Of a stretch of 64,000 bases of DNA, positions 11,401 to 24,160 are shown one piece after another (position 1 is the first letter of the stretch; each line of letters starts with the position of its first letter). The translations under genes and the position numbers were made by a program. The DNA is from Hemiscyllium ocellatum (taxonomy: Eukaryota). The DNA lies in NCBI RefSeq assembly GCF_020745735.1, contig NW_026867441.1, positions 1-64,000 of the forward strand, given 5' to 3'. The notes under the pieces are model-generated. The model did not search any database. It saw nothing but the letters and a program-made list of their open reading frames with translations, and had not been told where the DNA came from.

Positions 11401-12158
11401 CCCATACGGGAAAATAGAAATTGCACAAAAAGCTCAGCAGATCTGGCAGCATCTGTGGAGAGAAATCAGAGCACGAAATGTTAACATTGATTTCTCTTCA
11501 CAGATGCTGCCAGACCTGCTGAGCTTTTCCAGCAATTTCTATTTTTGTCTCGGATTTACAGCATTTGCAGTCCTTATGGTTTCCTTCCAAACCCACGTTC
11601 ACTTCCATTTAGAACAAGAGCAGCAGATACACGGGAACACTGTGAGCTGCAAGTTCCCTTCAAAAAAAGCTTAGCATCCTGACTTGGAAATGTATCACTG
11701 TTCCTTCACTGTTGCTGGGTCAAAATGCTGGCATTCCCTCCCCAAGAGCATTGTGAGTCAATTTACAGCTTGTGGACGCTAACAATTCCAGAAGGCAGCT
11801 TCCCACCGCCTTCTCCAGGGCAACTAGGGACAGGGTAAAAAATGTTGGCCCAGCCGGTGAAGCCCACTTCCCCCAAGTGAATATGCAAAACCAAATGAAG
11901 TGTTCCTCAGGAGGGGAGAGGGAATGTTCAGGATCCTGAGCTCCATTTCCCAGCCCAGGCAGTTTGTCTCCCAATGAATGAATGAGATGCCAATTTGAAG
12001 CCCAGCTTCAGAGCAGTATCACTCTGTGGTCATGAGGTCTATAAGAGGGAATTGGAGATTGAGCGCAATAGGAAAGAATTGCTGAGTTATGGGGAGAGAG
12101 CAATGGGGCTAATTGGGTAATTAAAAGGCATGATGGATTGAATGGCCGCCTCCTGTGT

Positions 12159-12405
12159 TGTCAGATTCCAGGGAGTGGAGTTGGTTCACAGTTTTCTCCC
12201 GTCTCAGTAACAAATACCCAGCTGCTCCGAGCTCCTTCTTTCACTTCCTCTTTTGGTGAAGTTTCAACCTTGCGATCTGACAGTCTTTGCAGTTATTTTT
12301 TACACTGGGGCTTTCTGCTGTGGTCAGAATCTCTAATAATAAGTGTCCAATCAGTGACAATCACAGCAGCTAAGAGCAGTCAGGACTGAGGAGCCAGGCT
12401 CACTG
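12159..12405 (-). promoter_or_regulatory. Candidate lymphoid enhancer block, copy A
   Basis: GAGGAAGTGAAA (Ets-IRF composite GGAAnnGAAA) at 12250-12239, CAGCTG 12219-12224, TGTGGT 12319-12324. Highly similar to copies B and C. Function is inferred. Confidence 0.5.
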
Positions 12406-12900
12406 GGAAACACATAGGGAAGATCAAAGTCATCCTCTTCAGCTCCCGGTACAAACTCCATCCCTCTCCCTGAGCACTGTCTGCTGCTCAACCAGACTCT
12501 TTATAACTTTGGCCTCATCTTTGAGGTTGATTTGAGGCCCAAGTCCTCCACATCATAAAGATCAGCCACTGAAAATCTCAGTCATTTTTTTGGTACGCCA
12601 AATGTGACCATTCCAATGTTATCCACGCCCATGTCACAGCCACTGCCTTCTTTAAATATCAGCTCATCCCAAACTCTGCTATCGTTGTTCAAACTCACAC
12701 CAAGTCCACCTCACACCCCCGCCCCTGTCTTCCATCGCACCATAACCACCACAATCCTCACTGACTGACATAAGCTCCTGGTCCAACAACACCTTGATTT
12801 TCAACTTCTCATCCTTGTTCTCAATTCGCTCCCTGTCCTTCCATCCTCCCTATCTCTGTGACCTCCTCCAAGCCACATCAGTGTGGTCAACAATCTTGGA
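12405..12900 (+). mobile_element. L2-like LINE fragment (part of the upstream module)
   Basis: Paralogous inverted copies at about 32450-32945 and 48500-48880 plus 50205-50300. Clade assignment from memory of L2 RT 3' motifs. Confidence 0.6.
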
Positions 12901-13366
12901 TATATGGCTCTCTGTTTCTACATCCAAGTCATTGAGAAATATCGTGAAAAGCTTAGGTCCCAGCACAGACCCCTGGCAACACCACTACTCACATCTGGCT
13001 CACTGGAACACACGCACATTACCCTTCCTCTCTGTCTCCTAGACAGACCCATTTCTGACCCAAGGTAAATGCATTTCTCAAATTCCAACCGATTCCATGA
13101 TTTGGAGGTGCCGGTGTTGGACTGTCGTGTACAAAGTTAAAAATCACAGAATACCAGATTGTAGTCCAACAGGTTTATTTGGAAACACCAGCTTTCTGAG
13201 CGGTGCTCCTTCATCAAGTGATTGTGGAGTGCAAGATCTGATTCCATGTTTCGTTTGTGAAATGTTCTTAAATGTCTTCTGAAATTCCCTATGGAAAATA
13301 GCCATCAGCATTCCCTTATATCCCACATTAGGGAACTCCGAACAATGTGTAACCTCGTTAGTTAAT

Positions 13367-13652
13367 GATTAGATCAGATTCCCTACAGTGTGGAAACAGA
13401 CCCTTTGGCCCAACAAGTCCACACTGACCATCCGAAGAGAAACCCATCCAGACCAATTTCCCTCTTAATTAATGCACCTAACACTGTGGGCAATTTAGAA
13501 TGGCCAATTCACCTGACCTGCAGATCTTTGCACTGTGGGAGGAAACCCACACAGACACAGGGAGAATGTACAAACTCTGCACACATCCGAGGCTGGAATT
13601 GAACCTGGGCCCCTGGTGCTGTGAGGCAGCAGTGATAACCACTGAGCCACCA
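13367..13652 (-). mobile_element. SINE (same family)
   Basis: Reverse-complement match to the 9979 copy. Confidence 0.85.
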
Positions 13653-13959
13653 TACTGAACCTTCAATGTCTGAACCTTTGTAAATCCATGCTGATTCTCT
13701 CGGACCAGTTCATATTTGTCTGTTATTCTCTCTATAAAAACAGACTCAATCACTTCCTGACAACAAACATTCAACAGAGATGTCATCGTGAATGAGGTTA
13801 CTAAACCGCTAGCACTGACATGAGGGGCTGAAGAGCCTCCTTCTGAGCTGGAGCCTTCTCTGTCTCCTGGATGGAAATATTTTACAGATTAAAAATTAAA
13901 GACTGACAGCATTTTTTTTAAAAATTAAAAGCTCCTCAAATAATTCCCACATACAGGGC

Positions 13960-16900
13960 CGGGCGATGTGTAGTAATTGCGATGGGGAAGCTGGTGGAGC
14001 CCATTGTAGCTCAGAGTGACCACATCTACAGCAAGTGTTGGTTGCTCAAGGCACTCCAGCTCAGAGTTGATGAGCTGGAATCTGAGCTTCAAACACTGCG
14101 ACACATCGGGGAGGGGGAGAGTTACCTGGACACTGTGTTTGGGGAGACAGTCACACCTTGTAGGTTAAATGCTTCAAATTATAGTCAGTGGTCAGGGACA
14201 GGAGGGGGTGACGATAAGTGAGCAGGTCGACGCAGCATGAATGTAGTATTGCAGGAGTCTCAGCTCATTGTCCAACAGGAATGAGGTACTTGCTCCCTGT
14301 GTCAATGAGGAAAAGGATTGTCAGGAGAATGAGCAAATGTAGTGTAAGCATTTTGGTGATAGTGACCAAAGTCTGTAAGTTTCAAAGTCATCATGTAAAG
14401 AGATAAAGATGAAGCAAAAATTAAATGTGTAAACTGGGGGATATCTAATCTCAACTAGGCAAAAGTGAGGACTGCAGATGCTGGAAACCAGAGTTTAAAT
14501 CAGAGTGGTGCTGGAAAAGCACTGCAGGTCACGCAGTATCTGAGGGCAAGAAAATTGACGTTTTGGGCAAAAGTCCTTCATCAGGAATAGAGGCAGGGAG
14601 CCTCCGGGGTGGTGAGATAAATGGGGGTGGGGGGTGGGTTTGGGGAGAAGGTAGCAAAGAGTACAATAGGTGAATGGGGGGGGGGATGGAGATGATAGAT
14701 CAGAGAGGCGGGTGGAGCAGATAGGTGGGAAGGGAGATTGGCAGGTAGGACAGGTCAAGAGGATAGTGCTGATCTGGAAGGTTGGAACTGGGGTAAGGTG
14801 GAGAGAGGGGAAATGAGCTCTTCAACTATGTACTGAAAGAGATTCGACTTCACCAGTTTCCTCATTTCCCCTATGATTGTATGATTCCATGTGGTTGTCT
14901 GTTAACTGCCCTATGGGCAGTAAATATTGGCTTGGCCAGAGATACCCATATCCGATGAATGAATGAATGAAAACCACTGCACCATGGTCCAGGAGCCATT
15001 CAGGCAGGGTGAGCACAAAGGAAAGAGGAGGATTTGATAATGAGGGGGACTGATACCATCCTTTGTGAGCAGGATTGAGAGTCCCACATGGTGTGTTGCC
15101 TGCCTGGTGCTCAGGTAAGGGGCATCTCGAACCAGCTTGAAAGGATATTGGAGTGGGGGCGGGGAGGAGGATCCAGTTGTTGTCGTGTGTGTTGAGACAA
15201 CAACATTGGTAAAAGGTCCTATTTGGGCAATATCAGGAAAGCTATCAGAAGGATATTGATTAAACAGATAGAGAGAAATAAGAAAGAGGTAAATACAGCA
15301 TCAGTGTTGAGGAACAGATTCCAGTGAATGGACCAAATGAGAGTTCTATACATGAATGCACGGAGCGTAAGGAATAAATACAATAATCTGCGGGCACAAA
15401 TTCAAATTTAAGATTTTGCTGTCGGATCAATTGCTGAGATATATTTGGTAACTATTCCGGACACCCTCCAGAAATTTACTACCTTTCTGACAGAGTGCTT
15501 GTCTCTCTCCCAATCTAAGTTAGGATTGGGACCTAAATATATCGGGTTATAAGGTTCACAGGATGGACTTGGGGAAATGACAGAAGAGGTGGAGCAGCCT
15601 TATTCATTAGAAACAAAATTACTTCAATGGTGAGGGAGGTTAAAATGAGGAGAAAACATTCAGTGGAACTGAGAAGCAGGAAAGGATCTAAAACTGTAAT
15701 AGATGTTGGATACAGACCCCCCCTGGCAGCAGCTCTGAGGTGCTGGATTGTGTAAATGTAGGAATTAGGCAAGTGTGCAGCAAAGCCAGTGCATTATTAA
15801 TGGGGAAGTTTAATTTTAACTTAGATTGGGAGAGAAACAAGCCCTCTGTCAGAAAGGTAGTAAATTTCTGGAGGGTATCCGGAATAGTTACCAACAGCCA
15901 TAGGTCCTGGATACAACAAGGGGACAAACAATATTGGAATTAGTAATGAATAATGAGCCAGATTTAGTTAGTAACTATTTGCACATTAACATTTATCAAA
16001 TAGTGATCATACCATGATCGAGTTCAATGTCACATTTGAAAGTGAAAAGCATGAATCAGCTGCTAGAGTTTGAGATTAAGGTAAGGCCTGACTTTAACGA
16101 GATGAGACAGGGACTGTCCATAGTAAACTAGGAAAATTTGCTCATGGGTAAAACAACTGAAGAACAGTGGGGGATGTTTAAAGAAACATTCAACGTAAAA
16201 CAAAACCAGTTTATACCTGAGAGGGGAAAGCTCCACTTCTTCGAACAAACAGCAATGGACAATAAAAGAGATTAGGGAAAGAATAAAACTAAAACAAGGG
16301 CTTGCAAAAAAGCAAGTAAAATGACATCATCTGCTGAATGGGAAAGATGCAAAGGGCCACAAAGCAGCTTCGAAGAGCTACCAAAACGGACCCTGAAAGG
16401 AAACATGTGAGGGATATCAAAATCAATAAGGAGAAATGTTTCAGTTCCATAAAAGGGAATCTGGGAGGTTAGGAGCAATGTTGGCATTAAAGACTGAAAG
16501 TGGGGGATATTGTCAGTGACAATGGGGAAATGACAGCCATGTTAAAAAAAAATACTTTACCTCAAGATTTGCAGTAGAAAAGGAAAAGGATTTGCCTGAA
16601 GTCCCAAAGGAATGAACAGGGGATTAGGGACAGGGACTGAATAAAATTAATGTCAGAAAAACATCTGTAATGAGGAAAATAATGGAACTAAAGAGTGATA
16701 AATCCTCAGAATCTGACATTCTCCATCTGAGGGTGATAAAGGTAGCAACAGACCACATTGTAGACACTCTGACTATAATCTTTCAGAGTACCCTGGATAC
16801 AGGAGTTAGACCTCTGGCTTGGAAATTTGCAAATGTCACTTCACATTTAACAAGGATGTGAGAGAAAATCCAGGGAATTACAGGTTACTAAGCCAATGTT

Positions 16901-17400
16901 TGTAGTGCAGAAATTGTTGAAGTCTATAAGCAAGGATGGGGGTAACTGAAGACCTTGAAAATGGTCAGTTATTCAGGGAGAGTCAGCATGGATTCAATGA
17001 CAAGGTGGTCATGGTGAAAAACCTCATTGAACTTTTTTGAAGAGGAGACTAACGTACTGGACACAGTAATGTCTATGGATGTTGTTTATAGGGACTTACA
17101 ATAGACATTTAATAGTGTCCTATGTAAGAAAACGTCAACTTCGATATAAGTCCACAGAATTGAGGCTAAAATACTGACACATTGGAATGCTGGTTGAGTG
17201 ATAGGTGACCGAAAATAGGGATAATGGGTAAGTGCTGAAATTGGCAGGATGTGACTAGTGGTGTCCAATAGGAAAGTGTGCTCACACCTCAATTAGTTAC
17301 ATTATTTATCAATGACTTGGATAATGGCACAGAAAGTCAAATATTTCAGTTTGCTAATGACACAAAGTTTGGCAGCATTGTAGACAGTGTCAATTGAGTC
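13960..17400 (+). mobile_element. Heavily decayed CR1 ORF1/ORF2 pieces (with a Penelope insertion)
   Basis: LQLRVDELESELQTLR coiled-coil-like ORF1 piece; endonuclease-type MNARS/NLDW motifs; RT remnants. Confidence 0.7.
14455..14875 (-). mobile_element. Penelope-like 3' terminal fragment
   Basis: Terminal motif CCTGATGAAGG..TTTTGCCC.AAACGTC on the minus strand and a CT-rich tail shared with 49750-50080. Confidence 0.75.
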
Positions 17401-17600
17401 AGAGAGTCATACAGCATTCAACCAGGGCAGTCTTTAACAGAGTATAATTTATCTTTGATATACAACTCCTTGAACTCCATCTCTCTCTCTCTCACTATAT
17501 CCCCCTCCTCCTTCACTACCTCAGCTGCATGGATCTCACTCTTATTTTAATCCCTCTTTTCTCTCTCCAAGCTCCATCTCCCTCTCTTTCAAAGCTCCCA

Positions 17601-17639
<39 letters not shown>

Positions 17640-18829
17640 GTGCTCCATCTCTTGCTCTCTAAGCCGTATCCCTCCCTCCATTGCAGCTGCTGGGAGTTCG
17701 ATCTGAGCCAATGCCAGTGAATCCCATGGAGAATAATGACGGGATATTTGGAGTGTGAGTTTGATGATGTAAATGTGAACCATTGCAACAAAAACATTAC
17801 AGATGGTTTGTACAGACAGCAAAGCCCAAACCAGAGCATTGTGTCAATCAACACAGAACTTATGAAAGCTTCAATAAAAACGGCTATTAATGTGATTCTC
17901 AGATTATTCTCATTACAAACGGCTGTTTCCCAGTGAAGGCCCATCCTGCTGAATATTAGATACAGCTGAGCTTTGGAAAATATTGGGCAGTTGGAGTGTC
18001 ATGTGGGGAAGTGTGACCTTGTTCACTTTCACGAGAATCATTCAAATGTGACTGGCACTCTTAAGTTCAAATGGCAATTGGGTATAATCCTGAAGGTGTA
18101 AGAGATACAGAAACTCACATAGTTCTAGTTATCAATGAGGTCTTATCAACACCCTTTTCACAAATCAATTTTAGAAAAGAATGATACACTTCCAATCTTA
18201 TCTATGCAATCTTCTCGTCTGGGAATGGGGAATGAATCTGGCTTTGTGACTATATTCACTTTCTTAGAGTCTACACAGAATCAAATTGAACAGTTTGGTT
18301 CAGGAACCAATGCTACAGGAGACCTCCAATTATTCTGACTTGGTTCAATCAACTGATTCCCCAACATGGAAGCCCTCTGTTACGTTGGCCTGTTTCTGTT
18401 GGTTTTTGTTTTATTGTGTCTGAATTACCAATTCCATGTCATATTTGATTCATGTGGTACATCCAAGTGTATCATTACAGGACCATAAGATAAAGAAGTG
18501 GAATTGGGCCATTTGGCCCATCAAGTCTGGTCTCCCATTTATTTATGGTTAATACCGTCTCTCAGCCTGATTCTCTTACTTTCTCTGCTGCCCTCTGCAA
18601 CAATCAGTTCCACAGATTAATGACACTCTGGCTGAAGAAATTCCTCCTCAACTCAGTTCGAAAGGTCGACTCTTCACTCTGAGGCTGTTCCCTCAGGTCT
18701 TCAACTCTCCTATTATTGGAAACATCTTCTCCATGTCCACTCGATCCAGGCCTCTCTGTATTGTGTAAGTTTCAATGACATTCCCTCTCAGCCGTCTAAA
18801 CTCCATCAATTACAGAATCAAAGACCTCA

Positions 18830-19370
18830 ACTACTCCGAATACAAACATCTTTGTATTTTCTGAGCAATCTCATTAAATCTACCTGTTGATCTTTCTCCA
18901 GATACAGTATCTGAATTCTCGAATATATCTGAAATTGTTCATCCAATAACAGGAAGTTCCCTTTGGGAATTATCTGATTCGCTTTGGATCTCTTACATTT
19001 TCTGATCCCCTCCTCCATTATACTCACTACTTGACAAACCTGTACATGACACGTTGGTTCCTCAAAAACTGGGAGAGGAATTAAGGATGCTGGTTTTGTG
19101 TTGAGGTTTACCTACAACCTGACAAGTAGTACACGTTTTATAAAACTGCACCACATCTTTATCCAATTGTGGCTCAGTAAAATACCTATTTCCGGATGCC
19201 TGTGTTTTCCAAATCCCCATGTGACCTGCCATGGGAGTCTCATGTGCCCCTTGTACTATCTCCCTCTGATAGCTGGGTGGGACCAATAGCCAATGTCTAA
19301 ACAACCATTCTTCATCTGGGGGTCCATGAGAGAGTATCCAAATCCTCATCAGCACTCTGTTTTGAAGTTA
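18830..19370 (-). mobile_element. Gypsy LTR-retrotransposon pol fragment (integrase zinc-binding region)
   Basis: AHETPMAGHMGIWKT...CTTCQVVGKPQ (HHCC-like). Confidence 0.8.
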
Positions 19371-19376
19371 ACCATA

Positions 19377-19672
19377 GTGGCACAGGTGCTCAGTGGTTAG
19401 CACTGCTACCTCACAGTGCCAAGGACCTGGGTTCAATTCCATCCCTGGGTGACTGTCTGTCTGGAATTTGCACATACTCCCTGTGTCTGTGTGGGTTTCC
19501 TCCGGGTGCTCCAGTTTCCTTCCACAATCCAAAAGAAATACAGGTCAAGTGAATTGGCCAAGCTAAATTGCCCATAGTGTTAGGTGTGTTAGTCAGGGGT
19601 AAGTGTAGGGGAAGGGCCTGGGTGGGTTACTGTTTGGAGGGCCAGTGTGCACTTGTTGGGCCAAAGGGACTG
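19377..19672 (+). mobile_element. SINE (same family)
   Basis: Head and central domain match the 9979 copy. Confidence 0.85.
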
Positions 19673-19679
19673 AATTGAG

Positions 19680-20580
19680 AAGGAACTTCTTCACCCAGGT
19701 CGTCGTAAATCTACGAAATTCCTTGTCCAAAGAAGTAGTTGATGTTAATTCAATAAACATTTTTAAAACTAAGGCCAATCTTTTTTGAACAATAAACGAA
19801 TTAATAGATACGGTGAGAGTGCAGATAATTGGAGCTGAGTCCAAGAAAACATCAGCCATGATCTTATTGAATGGCAGAGCTGGGTCGAAGGGCCAGATGG
19901 CCTACTCCTGCTCCTGTTCCTAGTTCTTATGTTCTTATGTTCCTTGGGAGTAGTGAGGAACGAAGGGACCTTGGTGTACAAATCCATCAATCCCGGAAGG
20001 TATCAGCACAGTTAGACAGGGTGGTGAAGAAGGCATATGGGATGCTTGCCATCATTAGCCAGGGTGTAGAATATAGGAGTAAGGAAGTCTTGTTGTTAAT
20101 TTACAGAGCATTGATTAGGCCATATCGGGAACACTGTGTACAGTTCTGGTCATAACACTGTTGGCAGGACATGACTGCACTGGAGAGGGTGGAGAGGAGA
20201 CTCACCAGGATGTTCCCTGGAATGGACTGTCTTAGTTATGAGGAGAGACTGGATAGGCTGGGTTTGTTTTCTCTGGGGGATTTCTGATTGAGGTTTAAAA
20301 AATTCTGGAAGGCATAGACAAAGTAAATCGTGAGAATCTTTTCCCCATGGCAGACATTTCTGTGACCAGAGGGCATAAACAGAACGTGATGAAAAAATGG
20401 TTAAGAGGGATTTTGAGGACTTTTTTCCCCAGACGGTGTTAGAAATATTAAATGTGCTGCTTGAGAAGGTGGCGGAGGCAACTACTCTCACAACATTTAA
20501 GAAAGATCCAGATGAGCACAGAAAATACCAGGACATGGAAGGCGATGGACCAAGTGCAGGTAAATGGGGGTGGGGGTGAG
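19680..20580 (+). mobile_element. CR1 3' fragments
   Basis: ERRDLGVQIH, VKKAYGML, RPYREHCVQFWS. Confidence 0.8.
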
Positions 20581-20984
20581 GGGGGGGTGGAATTAACACA
20601 GTTTGGTGATTACTGATCAGCAGCGATATGAAGGGCAGGAGAGCCTGATTGTTTGCTGTATGACTCTATGACTATGAAGAGAAGGATTTGGAAGCATTTT
20701 TCATGTCATTAGAGAAGATAGTTAAACAAGTGAGGTGGGGAAAAAACAATGGAGCTAGACCATGCAAAAATGAACTTGGGAAGCACATGAGGTTTCTGCA
20801 TCCCTATCAGAGGAATATTCTCAGGGTCATGAAAATGTGAAAATCGCTATTCTAAGCACATATGAGTCGGTCCCAGGAACACACAGACAGATGTTTCAGA
20901 ACTTACAGAAACAGCCTGGACAAACATCTCCTGACTTTGAGACTGTGAGGTAGCAGTGCTAACCACTGAGACCCCGTGCCGCCA

Positions 20985-21345
20985 TGGTTAACTTCAGAAC
21001 AGAGTGCTGATGAGGAAGTGGAGGCCACCTCATGGACCCCTAGATGAGGAATGGTTGGTTAGACATTGGCTAGTGGTCCAACCAGCTATCAGAGGCAGCT
21101 AGTACAAGGAGCACATGAGACTCCCATGGCAGATCACATGGGGATTTGGAAAACACAGGCATCCAGAAACAGGTATTTTACTGAGCCACAATTAGATGAA
21201 GATGTGATGCAGTTTTATAAAACTTGTCCTACTTCTCAAGTTGTAGGTAAACCTCAACACAAAACCAGCATCCTTAATTCCTCTCCCAATTTTTGAGGAA
21301 CCATCGTGCCATGTACAGATTTGTCAACTAGTGAGTATAATGGAG
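20985..21345 (+). mobile_element. Gypsy integrase fragment, inverted duplicate of the 19030-19370 copy
   Basis: AHETPMADHMGIWKT...CPTSQVVGKPQ, with the same SINE junction. Confidence 0.8.
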
Positions 21346-22500
21346 ATGAGGATGACCCTTACTTCTTTCCATGATAACTATGAAACATATGGAGTTATGT
21401 TCACTATCTCCAAAATGCTCAACCACTGACTCTTCAACCATTTGACCGGCTTCATTACCAAGGATTGAGTCCAGCACTGCCCATGTTTAGAGGGACTACC
21501 TATGTACTGGCACCAAAAGCTCTCCTGGATAGACTTTAAAATTTCTACCATTCACACAAAGGCAATCCCAGTTCATGCTAGATAAGTTGAAATTCCCCAA
21601 TAATATAACCCTATTCCTCTCACACCTCTCTGTGATTTGCCAACATATCTGCTCCTTTCTCTCCATCTGACAATTGGGAGGCCTGTAGTATAATCCCAGC
21701 AAAGTGATTGTCCTTTTGTTATTTCTAGCTTTACCCAGATGGACTCATTTGAAGAGCCTTCCAAGAAATGCTCCTTCAATCTTGCAGTGATGGTCTCCTT
21801 TATCAATAGTGCAATGCTCCCACCTCTCTTGCATTCCCTCTATCCCACCTGAGACTTCTCTTTCCTGGAATGTTGAGCTGCCAGTCCGATCTTGCTTCAA
21901 TCATGTCTCAGCAATTGCAACAATATGATATTCCCACGTGCTGGTCAATGCTCTCAGTTCAACCTCCTTACTCGTCAAGCTCCTTACATTAAAATAGATA
22001 CAGTTCAGCTTTCTGGTCCTCCTGTGTTCTGGATACTGTCCTAGTGGTTACCCAGTGGTTTTCTGTGTAGCCCTTACTCTCCCATGAAGGGAAACATCCA
22101 GCATTTCCCCTGTCAATCCCCTTAAGAATTTGATACGTTTCAATGAGATTCCATCTCATTCTTCTAAATTCCAGGGATCAGATTCCAAACCTGTTTGACC
22201 TTTGCCCATAAGACAATCGCTCCATACCAGGAATCAGTCAAGGGAACCATCTCTGAACTACTTCCAATGCAGGTCCTGTCCGTCAATAAGGAGCCTGATA
22301 CTGGACACCATATTCCAGATGTGCTCTCACCAAACCCCTAATCCTAACAGCTGCAGTAAAACGGCCCTGCTTTTAGATTGCATTCCCTTTACAAGGAGCA
22401 CCAACACTCCATCTGCCTCCGGATTCACTTGCTGTAGCTGCGTTCTAACTTTGTGATTCATGTCCCCACATTACACTCCATCTGCCCAATATCTCTCCAA
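21345..22500 (-). mobile_element. CR1 fragments, paralogous to about 37870-39345
   Basis: LGLYYRPPN endonuclease motif; junction-level match to the plus-strand copy. Confidence 0.8.
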
Positions 22501-23329
22501 AGCCCAGCTTTATCGAATACTCAGCAGGATGGACCACATTCACTAGGAAAAAGTCATTTTTTGACAATGCTCTGGTTTGGGCTTTGCTGTCTGCACAAAC
22601 CATCTTTAATGTCTTTGCTGCAATGGTTCACATTTACATCATCAAACTCAGACTCCAAATATCCTGTCATTATTCTCCATGGCTGAAGAATACGGCCCTG
22701 GCTGATCCTTTCCCTGCAGCAAGGGACCGAGTGGAATGTCATCATTGGGATTGATATTTGAGAGGTACAGGTCCACTCTGGATCTGGATCTCTGGTTTGG
22801 GAACGTGCCGGGATGCTGGATCAGAGGATGGAGTCTCCTCCAGAACTGGGAAAATGTAACAATGAGAATCCAATCAGACAGAGCCTTGTCAGGGAGGGGG
22901 ATGTCAGTGCTGGGCACAGTAAACCAGCTCATGGTGTCCAAGAGGCCGCGTGGGCAGTTTCTGGTTAGAAATTGAAGCTTCTGCAGCTTCTCCTGGCTTC
23001 CAGCTCCATCTGTAAATCAGGAGCAGTTTCAACAGAGGAACCCCATTTCTCATCAGCACAAACTGACACCATCATCAGAACAGAAGAAATAGGGACAGCA
23101 GGAGGCCATTCAGTCCCTCCAGCCTGCTCCACTAAACCCCAGGGAATAGTGTCCCAACCGACTCCATTTGGCCTCATCAGAGAATCCCCTTATGCCAGGA
23201 ATCAGCTTCACGAATCTTTGCTGCACTCCTTCCAGGTAGAGTCTGGGTGAGTCTATCCTTCCATCGGGAAAGAAATCAAAACTGGACCCAGTGCTGCCGG
23301 TGCGGCCTTACCAAGGCCTGACATAATTG

Positions 23330-24160
23330 GAATATGGAATTCAACGTAAGCAAATGCGAGGTCTTGCACTTTGGCAAAAAGAATAAAAGCATAGACTACT
23401 TTCTAAACAGTGAGAAAATTCGTTAAGCCAAAGTGCAGAAGGATCTTGGAATGCAAGTCGAGGATTCACTAAAGGTAAACATGCAGGTTGAGCCCATGAT
23501 TAAGAAAGCGAATGCAATGTTATCACTTATCTCAAGAGGGTTGGAATATAAAAGCACCATTGTACTACTGAGACTTTATAAAGCTCTGGTTAGGCCCCAT
23601 TTGGAGTACTGTTTCTAGTTTTGGTCCCCACACCTCAGGAAGGGCATACTGGCACTGGAACATGTCCAGCGAAGATTCACACAGATGATCCCTGGAATGG
23701 TTGGTCTAACAAATGAGGAACGACTTAGGATCCTGGGATTGTATTCATTGGAGTTTAGAAGATTAAGGGGAGGTCTAATAGAAACTTAGAAGATAATACA
23801 TGGCTTGGAAAGGGTGGACGCTAGGAAATTTTTTCTGTTAGGCGAGGAGACTAGGACCCGTGGACACAGCCTTAAAATTAGAGGGGGTAAATTCAGAACA
23901 GAATTGCGGAGACATTTCTTCAGCCAGAGAGTGGTGGGCCTGTTGAATTCATTGCCGCAGAGTGCAGTGGAGGCCGGGACGCTAAATGTCTTCAAGGCAG
24001 AGATTGATAAATTCTTGATGTCTCGAGGAATTAAGGGCTACGGGGAGAATGCAGGTGAGTGGAGTTGAAATACCCATCAGCCATGATTGAATGGCGGAGT
24101 GGACTCGATGGGCCGAATGGCCTTACTTCCACTCCTATGTCTAATGGTCTTATGGTCTTA
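23330..24160 (+). mobile_element. Relatively young CR1 3' fragment
   Basis: KKANAML, VRPHLEYC, RTRGHSLK, RRHFFSQRVV. Confidence 0.88.
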
